From contig CAXXVL010000002.1 of assembly GCA_963667845.2 (NCBI GenBank), positions 2,208,001 through 2,272,000 on the forward strand: 64,000 bases of DNA, read 5' to 3'. Below, piece after piece: positions 19,823 to 28,155 of this stretch. The translations under genes and the position numbers were made by a program. The notes beneath the pieces were generated by a model. It saw only the letters and a program-made list of their open reading frames with translations, ran no database searches and was not told where the DNA came from. Each line of letters starts with the position of its first letter. Positions within the stretch are counted from its first letter, which is position 1. The stretch is from Smithellaceae bacterium. Lineage in GTDB: Bacteria > Desulfobacterota > Syntrophia > Syntrophales > Smithellaceae.

Positions 19823-21754
19823 TTATGGAGCAGGCACGTTAACCGTATGGAGATGAGCGTCCCACGTAACCGCGGCACAGGTCGGCCCTGAGGTCAACAA
19901 TCTCCCATCCACCGTTACACCTACCGTAGTCACCGAGATGGCTACGCCGGCCAAGATGTTTCCGCTGAAGGCAGGAGCTCCCAGCGTGGCTGAACTGCCG
20001 ACCACCCAAAAAACATTTTTCGCCTGTGCCGGGGGTAAGAGGATAATATTCCCGGTGCCGGACGTGATCAGGGTGCTGGGCGCATAGAAGATCCAGACTG
20101 CATTGGCGTCGCCCTTGGGGTCGAGAGTCATGGCTGTACTGATCGCGATCGAAGTCCCCGACTGATAGGCGCCGGGGTAGAAAGTTCCGGGGACGGCAGG
20201 CGGTCCGAACCCGGCGATTGCACCGAGATCGCTTGTCGGTATCACGGCTCCGGTCACTCCCACGGTTTGGGCCGCTAGAAACGCAAGATGCGCGTCGGCG
20301 ACGGCCGTGGCTGATGTCGTATTGCCGGCAGTCGGAAGGTCGGAAGCATATATCGTTCCGTTCACGATTCCGGGTGTGGCAGGGGGCCCGCCGCCGACAA
20401 AATTGGTGATCGACGTGTGCGTGAGTGTTGTTCCGATATCTCCGTTGACCGTGGTCCCCGTGGGCCCCAGGGTGCTGCCGCTGAGCGCGGCGCAGGAAAG
20501 AGCTCCGAACGGCGCGGCCGAGTTAAGGGGTATCTGCGGGAGACAAACTCCCGTCGCGGGAACTACGGTGAATGTCCAGGCGGGTACTCTGAAGTCATTT
20601 AACATGGTGTTGGCGGGAATTGCCAGATCCTTGACTCCGCCCGCGCCGCCTTTAATCGTGACCGTATAGGTACCGACGGCGAGTGGGTTCAAAGGCGTAA
20701 ATGTCGCAATGCGCCCTGTGGCGATGTCCAGAGCCACTGATCCGCTGACGGCAGTTATGGCAGGCGCCGGTCCCGTCACAATGAAAGTTGTTCCTGCGAT
20801 GAGCGACAGAGGATCGATTCGCAAACCGGAGGGTACGGTAAAGGTCGCATTAATCGTTGCACTGGGGCACACTCCGCCGGCACCCGCGATCGGGCTGATG
20901 GAAAGTACGGTGATACTGGACGGCGGGACGACGGCCGCGGTGGTAAATGTCCAGACATAATTACTTGCCGCAGGCAAGGGTGGGGCCTGATTGCCGGCGA
21001 GAGCATTGCCGGCCAGGTCAGTAGCGGCGGTGGTAATGGTGGCGGTATACGTCGTTCCGGATGCCAGCGCCGCTGCCGGCCAGAAAATCGCTGTTCTGCT
21101 GCCGACGACATACGTCACGGGGATCGTGGCGCCTGGCACGGGCGTCGTGCCGGGTCCTGTCAGTGTAAAGCTCGCTGCGGTGATCGTTGCCGGGTCCATA
21201 TCTTCAGTGAAGACGGCGGTGACGGCTGTATTGGTCGGCACGCCGGGCGTTGGACCGGGAATCGTCGTGACGGGCGAGGTGATCGTCACTCTGGGCCTTG
21301 TTGTGTCCGGTGTTAAACCTGTGCGAAAGGTCCAGACATAGTTGGCGGCCAGATGATTGCCCGCCGGGTCCGCGGCTGCGGCCGTAATCGTGGCCGTGCA
21401 TAAAGTGTTTTCCGGAAGATTGGGTAATGCCGGAAGGGTCAGTGTCGCCAGATTGCCTGCCGCCTGGTAGGTAACCACACCTGTTACGGGTGTCCCGGCA
21501 GGGCAAGCCAGCGTAAAGCTTGCTGCATTGAGCGTGGCGGGATTCATCGCCTCGCTGAAGGCGGCAGTGATGATTTTCGTGTTGACCGGAACACCGGTGG
21601 CATTATTTAAAGGGACTACCGCAGTTACCGTGGGCGCGGTGGTGTCTGAAGGGAACCAATGTCCGGTCCAATCTCCTCCGCATCCTGAAATAAAAAAACT
21701 ACTCAGGATTAAAATAAATAAAAGACAAATTTGCTGAGCCTTAAATCTTTTCAT
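19823..21754 (-). CDS. lipoprotein with three Ig-like (Big_5-type) domains and DUF3494 ice-binding-type domain
   Basis: Lipobox FISG-C; ITAAFSEAMNPAT, VTAVFTEDMDPAT, YVWTF repeats; TLDPKGDANAVWIF, AKNVFWVVGSSATLG, VDGRLL. Confidence 0.86.
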   Translation of the reverse strand: MKRFKAQQICLLFILILSSFFISGCGGDWTGHWFPSDTTAPTVTAVVPLNNATGVPVNTKIITAAFSEAMNPATLNAASFTLACPAGTPVTGVVTYQAAGNLATLTLPALPNLPENTLCTATITAAAADPAGNHLAANYVWTFRTGLTPDTTRPRVTITSPVTTIPGPTPGVPTNTAVTAVFTEDMDPATITAASFTLTGPGTTPVPGATIPVTYVVGSRTAIFWPAAALASGTTYTATITTAATDLAGNALAGNQAPPLPAASNYVWTFTTAAVVPPSSITVLSISPIAGAGGVCPSATINATFTVPSGLRIDPLSLIAGTTFIVTGPAPAITAVSGSVALDIATGRIATFTPLNPLAVGTYTVTIKGGAGGVKDLAIPANTMLNDFRVPAWTFTVVPATGVCLPQIPLNSAAPFGALSCAALSGSTLGPTGTTVNGDIGTTLTHTSITNFVGGGPPATPGIVNGTIYASDLPTAGNTTSATAVADAHLAFLAAQTVGVTGAVIPTSDLGAIAGFGPPAVPGTFYPGAYQSGTSIAISTAMTLDPKGDANAVWIFYAPSTLITSGTGNIILLPPAQAKNVFWVVGSSATLGAPAFSGNILAGVAISVTTVGVTVDGRLLTSGPTCAAVTWDAHLHTVNVPAP

Positions 21755-21947
21755 AACAATCCTCCTTTTCCTGCTAAATTATGATCGGTTTCTTTGTAAA
21801 TATTGATGGCATCATTAGACTTTCATCGCGTTATTTGCCGTCTCTCTCTCCTCGCCTGTGCAAAATAGTTTTTCTCATTTTGCCATCCTTCGTGTTCTCT
21901 CTTTCTTTATTTGATAAAATTGCCTTTTCTCCGGTCCCTAACCCGGA

Positions 21948-22715
21948 CTATTCAATGGCCATCCGATTTTTTATCTCCTTCACGCCGACCACATCCGCGG
22001 CGACTTTCGCAGCCAGGTCTTTTTCAGCCGCGTTTTTTGCCTTGCCGTGCAAAGTGACCACGCCGCGCTTCGTCTCGACCCTGGTATTGAGGGCACTGGT
22101 CGACCGGTGATACAGCAGCGTCATCTTCACCTGTGCGGTGATGGAAGCGTCGTCAATCTTCCGGCTTACCGTTCTTGCTTCAGCCGGGGGTTCGGTCACA
22201 GTCATCTCGTTATGGACATCTTTGACGCCTTCGACATCCATGGCATATTCAGCCGTCAGATTTTTTTGGGCGCTGCTTGTTGCTTCGCCCTGCAGGGTGA
22301 CGACGCCGTTTTGGACGTTAACGGCGGTTTTGCGGGCGCTTACGCTCCGATGAAACAAGAGCGCCCCCTTCACTTTATCGCGGATCCACGCATCCGAGTC
22401 GGCCGAGGGGAGGGCGTTTTTGATTTCCAGCTTGTTGTCCACATGCTTGACACCGGGGATGCCGGCAAGGGTTTCCCCGGCCAGCGACTTATTGAAATTG
22501 TCGGCAACGCTCCCGGTCAAGGTCACGTTGCCGTTTTTAGCGTCGATTTTGATATGGTCATCCCTCAGGAAGGTCTTGAAAATATAGGTCTGCCTGGCGG
22601 TCGCTGCGATGCCGCTTGCCGTTTGCGACGCGGAGAGCGGCGGCGCGCTGAATATCAGCAGCAGCGCTGCCGCCATCATGATTGCTGATTGTCCATACAT
22701 CCTATTCATGTGCAC
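21948..22715 (-). CDS. BON-domain protein, paralog of 17358-18116
   Basis: Shares ITAQVKMTLLYHRSTSALNT with the other BON protein. Confidence 0.9.
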   Translation of the reverse strand: MHMNRMYGQSAIMMAAALLLIFSAPPLSASQTASGIAATARQTYIFKTFLRDDHIKIDAKNGNVTLTGSVADNFNKSLAGETLAGIPGVKHVDNKLEIKNALPSADSDAWIRDKVKGALLFHRSVSARKTAVNVQNGVVTLQGEATSSAQKNLTAEYAMDVEGVKDVHNEMTVTEPPAEARTVSRKIDDASITAQVKMTLLYHRSTSALNTRVETKRGVVTLHGKAKNAAEKDLAAKVAADVVGVKEIKNRMAIE

Positions 22716-22724
22716 GTTCTCCGC

Positions 22725-23501
22725 TTATTTGTCACCATGCCTTCCATCGGGCTTATTTTCCTGCCCTCTATCCGGTCTCCCCTGTTGAGGTTTAGACTGC
22801 TGTCCCTCGCGTTGCTGCGGCTGCTCGCGGGGCTGCCTTACCTCCGGGGATTGCGGTCTTGACTGCTGAGGTTTAGCCGGTTCGCGCACTTCTTGTTTTC
22901 CCTGAGACCGCGGCTGGGTCTGTTGTTCCCGGATCTCCCGGGATCCCGGTTCGCGTTGTCCCGCCGGTCCCTGAACTTTTGTTTTGCCTTGATGCTGCGC
23001 CTCGACTGCGGGAGGCTGCTGACGGGCTTGCGTTCGGGGCTTTAAATCCCGGACGCCCCATGTGTTTTGCTTCTCCCAATGTTTGTCCTTTTTCCAGCCC
23101 TTCCAGTTCTGCTGCACTTCATGATGGGGAATGGGTCTGTAGTCCCACTGATGCCCTCTCCAGCGATGCTCCCGGTAGTCATTCCTCCAGGTGGAGGGTA
23201 TCTGCCTGTAAAAGGACGGTACGCTTCGATAGTAGCCCCAGCCTGAACTATAGCTGTGCGAGCGATACCAGCGCCCTTGCCAGGGACGCCACCACCAGCC
23301 GTCGTAAAAAAAGATGTCCACCTCTGCGTCAGGGACGACGTAGATGTATGTCTCGGGCAGCACGACCAGCGCCGGCGGCGCCGCAAAGACGATGGGCGGC
23401 GGCAGAGAAATGCTGACGTCAACATTGACCGCGGCCAAGGCCTGCGCAGGTAATACAAATACCAGCGCCAGAAGTACTTTTCCTAAAAACAACTTGTTCA
23501 T
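22725..23501 (-). CDS. secreted hypothetical protein (Trp/Tyr-rich core, Gln/Pro/Arg-rich tail)
   Basis: Signal peptide; PPPIVFAAPP...DIFFYDGWWWRPWQGRWYRS; low-complexity C-terminus. Confidence 0.78.
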   Translation of the reverse strand: MNKLFLGKVLLALVFVLPAQALAAVNVDVSISLPPPIVFAAPPALVVLPETYIYVVPDAEVDIFFYDGWWWRPWQGRWYRSHSYSSGWGYYRSVPSFYRQIPSTWRNDYREHRWRGHQWDYRPIPHHEVQQNWKGWKKDKHWEKQNTWGVRDLKPRTQARQQPPAVEAQHQGKTKVQGPAGQREPGSREIREQQTQPRSQGKQEVREPAKPQQSRPQSPEVRQPREQPQQREGQQSKPQQGRPDRGQENKPDGRHGDK

Positions 23502-23530
23502 TTTGCAGCCTCCATTAGCTAATTCCGATT

Positions 23531-23594
23531 AATCCCGCTGACGTGGGAAGAGCGTTAATTCCATACCTCGACAACCTGCTGCGAGGTGGTTGAT
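23531..23594 (+). repeat. dispersed palindromic repeat, copy 3 (internally deleted)
   Basis: Left end AATCCCGC...GAGCGTTAATTC joined directly to CATACCTCGAC...GGTTGAT. Confidence 0.85.
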
Positions 23595-23635
23595 CATCCT
23601 GCACCGTGCGTTCCTGTCATTTGCGCCCATCTTTT

Positions 23636-23806
23636 CTAACGCCGTCCTCCATCTCTGTCGGGACCGCGGCCTCTGTCATGATCTCTGTCTCCTCCGTCCC
23701 TGTGGTCTCTGCCGTCTCTGCCGTCTCTATCCCATGGTACGAAGCACCCGCCGACGGATATCAGCAGCGTCACTAAAACCATTACCGTTATAATAATCTT
23801 CTTCAT
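23636..23806 (-). CDS. unannotated 56-aa lipoprotein with Asp/Arg/Gly-rich tail
   Basis: Manual translation MKKIIITVMVLVTLLISVGGCFVPWDRDGRDGRDHRDGGDRDHDRGRGPDRDGGRR*; AAGGAG RBS. Confidence 0.75.
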   Translation of the reverse strand: MKKIIITVMVLVTLLISVGGCFVPWDRDGRDGRDHRDGGDRDHDRGRGPDRDGGRR

Positions 23807-23880
23807 CACATTCTCCTTTGATCAGATTTGTATTTGCTTATTCGATTGCCCATGCAGGATCCTCAATACGCCCACCGGTT

Positions 23881-25581
23881 TTACATCTGCCGGAGCGTGT
23901 TCACGTATTCACTGCTCCGGTATTCTTTAAACCACCGCTTCGTGATGACGCCTGCGTAAGTCTTGACAAAGAGATTTCTCCATTTTCGTTTGATGTCTCC
24001 CCAGGCGTTACCGAGCGGAACCGTAAAAAGAGTGCTGATCGGCTCATCCGGGCGGGGCGCATTGATGGCGCGGCGTCTTTCTATGAAATTGCTTGTGAAT
24101 CGTCGGGAATAAGACACGGCAAACTGAATGGGAAAGCCGACGGTGGCCAGATAAACCCAATTCAGCCAGTTGCCGTAATTTAATTTCCGGCTGAGAAATC
24201 CCCCGAGATACTTTTTTTCCATCAGCAACTTGGGCATGATTTGCAGATCATCAGGGTCGAGCCCGTCGGGTCTTGGATCATAGCAGAGGAAAAGGCCGTC
24301 ATACTTGTCCCAGCCGACCAGCGATAAAGGCAGAAGACGACCCTCGCTGTCGAGCCTTGTTCGTAACTCGGAACCGGGCAGCGGGACGGCATTAAGAAGC
24401 TGGATCGTGTCGATTTTTGCTTTCTTGATAAACGTTTTGAAGGCGGCCACGCGCTCGCGGATCGTAATGCCGTTGTTTGCCCTTACGGATTTGTTCGCGG
24501 GATAGCCGAAAATAAACATGCCGTGCAGATAGAAATAGTTGGACAGTATTTTGGAGCGCGCAATTAACTTCTCGACGGTCACGCCTTTGTGCATGGCCCG
24601 CAATTCTTCATCCATCGGGCTTTCGTATCCGATCGCCAGCGTGGTCACGCCGGCCCGGCGCATGGCCTTGATCAAGGCATCATTGTCGGCCGCTTCCGTG
24701 CGCACCTGAACGATCAGGTCGATCTTTTTTTTGAATTTTCTTTTGTAGTCGGCAATCGCGTCACACAGCAAAATGGCCTCGGCAGGATTCTGGGCAAAAT
24801 TGTCATCGGTGAAGAAGAAATCCCGGTACCCCAAATCGGCATATTTGATTAATTGCCGCAACGCCGTTGCAACCGATGCGGATTTATACTTTCCATATTG
24901 CTTATTCACGACGCAGAATTCGCAATTGAAATTGCAGCCGCGACCCCGGTTGATGGGGATGGCGCTCCATTTTTTCTTGAGAAATTTAACGAGGGTCAGA
25001 TCCGTATCGGCCAAATCATTCAGATCGCGGATCGGTTCGCGCCTGCCGGTGAAGACATAGGTTCCGGTTTCGTCAAGAAAGCTGATTCCCGAAACGGCGG
25101 CCAATCCGGCCCGGTTCAAGGCAGGACCACTATCATCGCGTGTCAATACGGACAGCAATTCCATGATGGTCTTTTCGCCTTCACCGTGAACGACAATATC
25201 TATACCGGAGCGAAGCGCTTCTTCGGGCAGGGCGTCGACATGACTGCCGCCGGCAATGGTGATCGCGCCAAAACCCCGATATTGCCTGGCCAGCGTAAAG
25301 AGCCGCGGGATCGAATTACTCATGCCGCCGTAGAATAGCGCCAGGTGCGCGGGCTGCCGGGCCTGCAAAACGCAGTGATCCGGAAGTTTTTGATCCGTGA
25401 GCGGACCGCCGTAATTGTTTTCATCGATCGCATAGACGTTCCTGCACCGGGGATGATGAGCCATCTGGCTCATAACCGCCAGAATGCCCACCGCCGGCAT
25501 TTTGATCTTTGCATAGATATTGTTCTGCGAATGCCTTGGATATTGGGGTATAATTCCGATGACCGTTAAATTATTTTTCAT
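23881..25581 (-). CDS. B12-binding radical SAM protein
   Basis: GRGCNFNCEFC, IAGGSHV, VVHGEGE, FFFTDDNF, HGMFIFGY. Likely start MKNNL (25581) because the longer ORF overlaps the upstream gene. Confidence 0.87.
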   Translation of the reverse strand: MKNNLTVIGIIPQYPRHSQNNIYAKIKMPAVGILAVMSQMAHHPRCRNVYAIDENNYGGPLTDQKLPDHCVLQARQPAHLALFYGGMSNSIPRLFTLARQYRGFGAITIAGGSHVDALPEEALRSGIDIVVHGEGEKTIMELLSVLTRDDSGPALNRAGLAAVSGISFLDETGTYVFTGRREPIRDLNDLADTDLTLVKFLKKKWSAIPINRGRGCNFNCEFCVVNKQYGKYKSASVATALRQLIKYADLGYRDFFFTDDNFAQNPAEAILLCDAIADYKRKFKKKIDLIVQVRTEAADNDALIKAMRRAGVTTLAIGYESPMDEELRAMHKGVTVEKLIARSKILSNYFYLHGMFIFGYPANKSVRANNGITIRERVAAFKTFIKKAKIDTIQLLNAVPLPGSELRTRLDSEGRLLPLSLVGWDKYDGLFLCYDPRPDGLDPDDLQIMPKLLMEKKYLGGFLSRKLNYGNWLNWVYLATVGFPIQFAVSYSRRFTSNFIERRRAINAPRPDEPISTLFTVPLGNAWGDIKRKWRNLFVKTYAGVITKRWFKEYRSSEYVNTLRQM

Positions 25582-25622
25582 GATGAAAATTCCTTCGTGA
25601 GCGGCTCCCGAAGCCTTCAGCC

Positions 25623-25850
25623 CTAAAGCATGCTTTTGGCCAGACGAAACGCCTTGGCTTTTAATTGTTCTGAGCGCCCAAACCAGATGGAATCTAAACG
25701 TAGTGTTGCGTCGGTCACGGTAGAATGAAAAAAAGGATGATCCGCCGCGGTAACATTGAACATGGGCAAGATATTTCCCTCTGAGGTTTTCTGCCATCCG
25801 ATAAATATCGCATCTGAATCCGATCGTGTTGGATTCATGTATTTAGGCAT
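25623..25850 (-). CDS. small hypothetical protein, first gene after P4
   Basis: GAGG RBS; MPKYMNP...FIGWQ...PMFNVT..DHP..HSTV. Confidence 0.65.
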   Translation of the reverse strand: MPKYMNPTRSDSDAIFIGWQKTSEGNILPMFNVTAADHPFFHSTVTDATLRLDSIWFGRSEQLKAKAFRLAKSML

Positions 25851-25936
25851 ATGGTTTTCCTCTTGCCCCGGACTCGATTTTGATCGCATAATACTCACCG
25901 ACAAGGCGATTACGCGATCGGTCCGATCACTTTAAT

Positions 25937-25953
25937 AGCAAGGAGTCTGCCAA
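25937..25953 (-). promoter_or_regulatory. sigma54 -24/-12 promoter P4
   Basis: Minus strand reads TTGGCAGACTCCTTGCT. Confidence 0.87.
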
Positions 25954-26051
25954 CGGTGAAATGTGATGAACTGTTTAAATTAATGGTTTAATAGCAATGA
26001 CTTGGAGCTGTCGAAGAGTATAAACGGCAAACACGGAAGGACCGGATCTGC

Positions 26052-26085
26052 CCTCAGCATTTGGCGGAACCTCAGCATGCTGAGG
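26052..26085. promoter_or_regulatory. tandem palindromic enhancer (UAS) for P4
   Basis: CCTCAGCATTTGGCGG-AA-CCTCAGCATGCTGAGG (second site a perfect palindrome), 99 bp from the promoter edge. Confidence 0.85.
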
Positions 26086-26137
26086 GAAGGATTTGAGGAT
26101 TCGGACCCCTTGCAGTGGGCGCGAGACAGAAGACGGA

Positions 26138-26179
26138 GATAGTAGATAGTAGATAGTGGATAGTGGATAGTGGATAGTA
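26138..26179. repeat. heptamer tandem array (GATAGTR)x6
   Basis: Read directly from the sequence. Confidence 0.9.
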
Positions 26180-26233
26180 GACAGAATTCGCAACACGGGA
26201 TCTTAATGATTCGGACTTCCGTCGGCCCGATTT

Positions 26234-27904
26234 TTACGGCTTCGACGGCAGAGTAAAGTAAAAGGCTGCTCCCTTGTCCAGCTCTCCCTGGGCCCATACT
26301 TTGCCGCCGTGTCGCTTGACGATGTGCTGAACAATGGCCAGTCCTATGCCTGTGCCTTCAAACTCCGCATTGCTGTGGAGGCGCTGAAAAACACCAAACA
26401 GCTTATTATAATATTCCATGCTGAAACCGGCGCCGTTGTCTCTTATGCAATAAACAATTCTGCCGGCCTCGGGGTAACTGCTGATTTTGATGATCCCCGT
26501 TCTGCGATTTTTGGTAAATTTAACGGCATTGGAAATCAGATTGAAAAGCACTTGCCGGACGAGGGCCGGGTCTCCATAGGCGGGCAGGATCTCTGTGATC
26601 TGAAACTCCAGCGTCCTTTCCTTAGTGACCTCCCTGAGGTCATCGCATATTGTTTTCGCCAGCCCGGCCATGTCGATTGCCGCGCTTTTCAGCGGTGCCG
26701 TTTGTGTCCTGGAAAAGGCCAGTAGATCTTCAATCAGCGTGCCCATCACCTTGGTGCTGTCTCTGATCAGGTTTAATTGTCGTCGGGTATTCTCATCAAA
26801 GTCATCCGGCTTCCTGAGCACGATCCGGGCAAAACCATCGATGGCCCGAAGAGGCGTTTGGATGTCGTGCGATATGGAATAGCTGAAGCTTTCCAGCTCA
26901 TTGTTCGCTTCTTCAAGCTGCGCTGTGCGTTCTTCCAGATTTTTTTCAGTCTGTTTGCGGCCGGTTATGTCTTCAACCATCCGGAGAGCATACTTGGGGC
27001 AGCTGCGGGAATCCCTGACCATGCCGGCGGTGAGTTGGCCCCAGACCACGCTGCCGTCCTTGCGGATGTATCGTTTTTCCATGGTGAAGCTGTCTGTCCC
27101 GCCATTTTGCATCATTCGTAAATTGTCCAGCTCGGCTGGGATATCCTCCGGGTGCGTGATATCCTTCAAGGCCACCCCCGTGATTTCTTCCTCCGAGTAA
27201 CCGAGCATCCGGCAAAATTCAGTATTGGCACGCATTATCCTTTGATCGGCGTCCACCATAGCCGCGCCGATGGGTAATCTGTCAAAGGTCAACCGGAAGA
27301 GCTCTTCGCTCTCGCGCAGCATTGCTTCCATCTTCCTGCGTTCAGTGACGTCACTCATCATTGTGTGATACACGGACGTTCCGCAAGCATCCTCGGACAT
27401 TGTTACCTCCATCTGACACCGGAAGGGAGGTTTCCCCTGCCTGAGGACTCCTATTTCACATACTTGCCGTGTCCGGGTCTCAATTAACGCCTGGTGGCTG
27501 TGGTAGTAGATGTCCCGGTCTTCGGGAAGGATAAATCGTGTCAAGGGCTGATTGACAAGGGCGCTTCGCGCGAGGCCCAGCATGTTGGCGGCAGTGAGAT
27601 TGGTCTCCAGGATCTGCCCGGTCTTACTGAGGGTGACATAGCCGACGGGAGCCAGATCATATAGGTCGAAATACCGCCCCCGCGAGGCTTCCAGCTCTCT
27701 TTGCGTCCGGCGGAGCTCCTCGTTCTGCATGACGAGCTCGATCTGATGGACCTGCAGCTCGTTGTATAAACGAAGCACGTCGCCGGGTCTTTGTATCTCG
27801 CGGTCTTTCGGGATGCGGGCCGTTTTTCCCCCGGGAGAATTTTTTGCCGGCTTCTGCAGATCGTTTTCCTGCTTTCTATGGTCTTTTTTAGCGGTCATCA
27901 TCAC
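26234..27904 (-). CDS. PAS-PAS histidine kinase
   Basis: ELQVHQIELVMQNEEL coiled coil, two PAS domains, H-box ESFSYSISHDIQTPL, NLISNAVKF, DNGAGF, GTGIGLAIV. Confidence 0.92.
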   Translation of the reverse strand: MMMTAKKDHRKQENDLQKPAKNSPGGKTARIPKDREIQRPGDVLRLYNELQVHQIELVMQNEELRRTQRELEASRGRYFDLYDLAPVGYVTLSKTGQILETNLTAANMLGLARSALVNQPLTRFILPEDRDIYYHSHQALIETRTRQVCEIGVLRQGKPPFRCQMEVTMSEDACGTSVYHTMMSDVTERRKMEAMLRESEELFRLTFDRLPIGAAMVDADQRIMRANTEFCRMLGYSEEEITGVALKDITHPEDIPAELDNLRMMQNGGTDSFTMEKRYIRKDGSVVWGQLTAGMVRDSRSCPKYALRMVEDITGRKQTEKNLEERTAQLEEANNELESFSYSISHDIQTPLRAIDGFARIVLRKPDDFDENTRRQLNLIRDSTKVMGTLIEDLLAFSRTQTAPLKSAAIDMAGLAKTICDDLREVTKERTLEFQITEILPAYGDPALVRQVLFNLISNAVKFTKNRRTGIIKISSYPEAGRIVYCIRDNGAGFSMEYYNKLFGVFQRLHSNAEFEGTGIGLAIVQHIVKRHGGKVWAQGELDKGAAFYFTLPSKP

Positions 27905-28055
27905 GCTGTCTTTCTGAAAATAAAAGGGTTTTAATCAACTGCCCCTGAGAGTTGACGGATGGATCTGATAACTGAGAGTAGGCTTTGCGATAATCAACCC
28001 TGTTGAATTAAAGCACAGAGCACGGGGATGTCAAATGAGGAGATGAGTGAACAGA

Positions 28056-28132
28056 ACAGAAGTCAGAATCCAGAAGATAGTGGATAGCGGATAGTGGATG
28101 GGGGATAGAAGATAGAAGCAAGAAGTCAGAAT
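28056..28132. repeat. degenerate heptamer array (CAGAAGT/GATAGTG/GATAGAA)
   Basis: Read directly from the sequence. Confidence 0.65.
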
Positions 28133-28155
28133 AAAAATCATTCTGTACTCTATCT

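Noticed and set aside
25582..25797. N-terminal extension of the radical SAM ORF to 25797
   Set aside because: Overlaps the RBS-bearing small gene 25623-25850 in another frame; MKNNL at 25581 is the more plausible start.
25975..26297. Small ORFs with LSTIHYP repeats (also 36626-36880 and 36952-37239)
   Set aside because: Translations of non-coding heptamer arrays.
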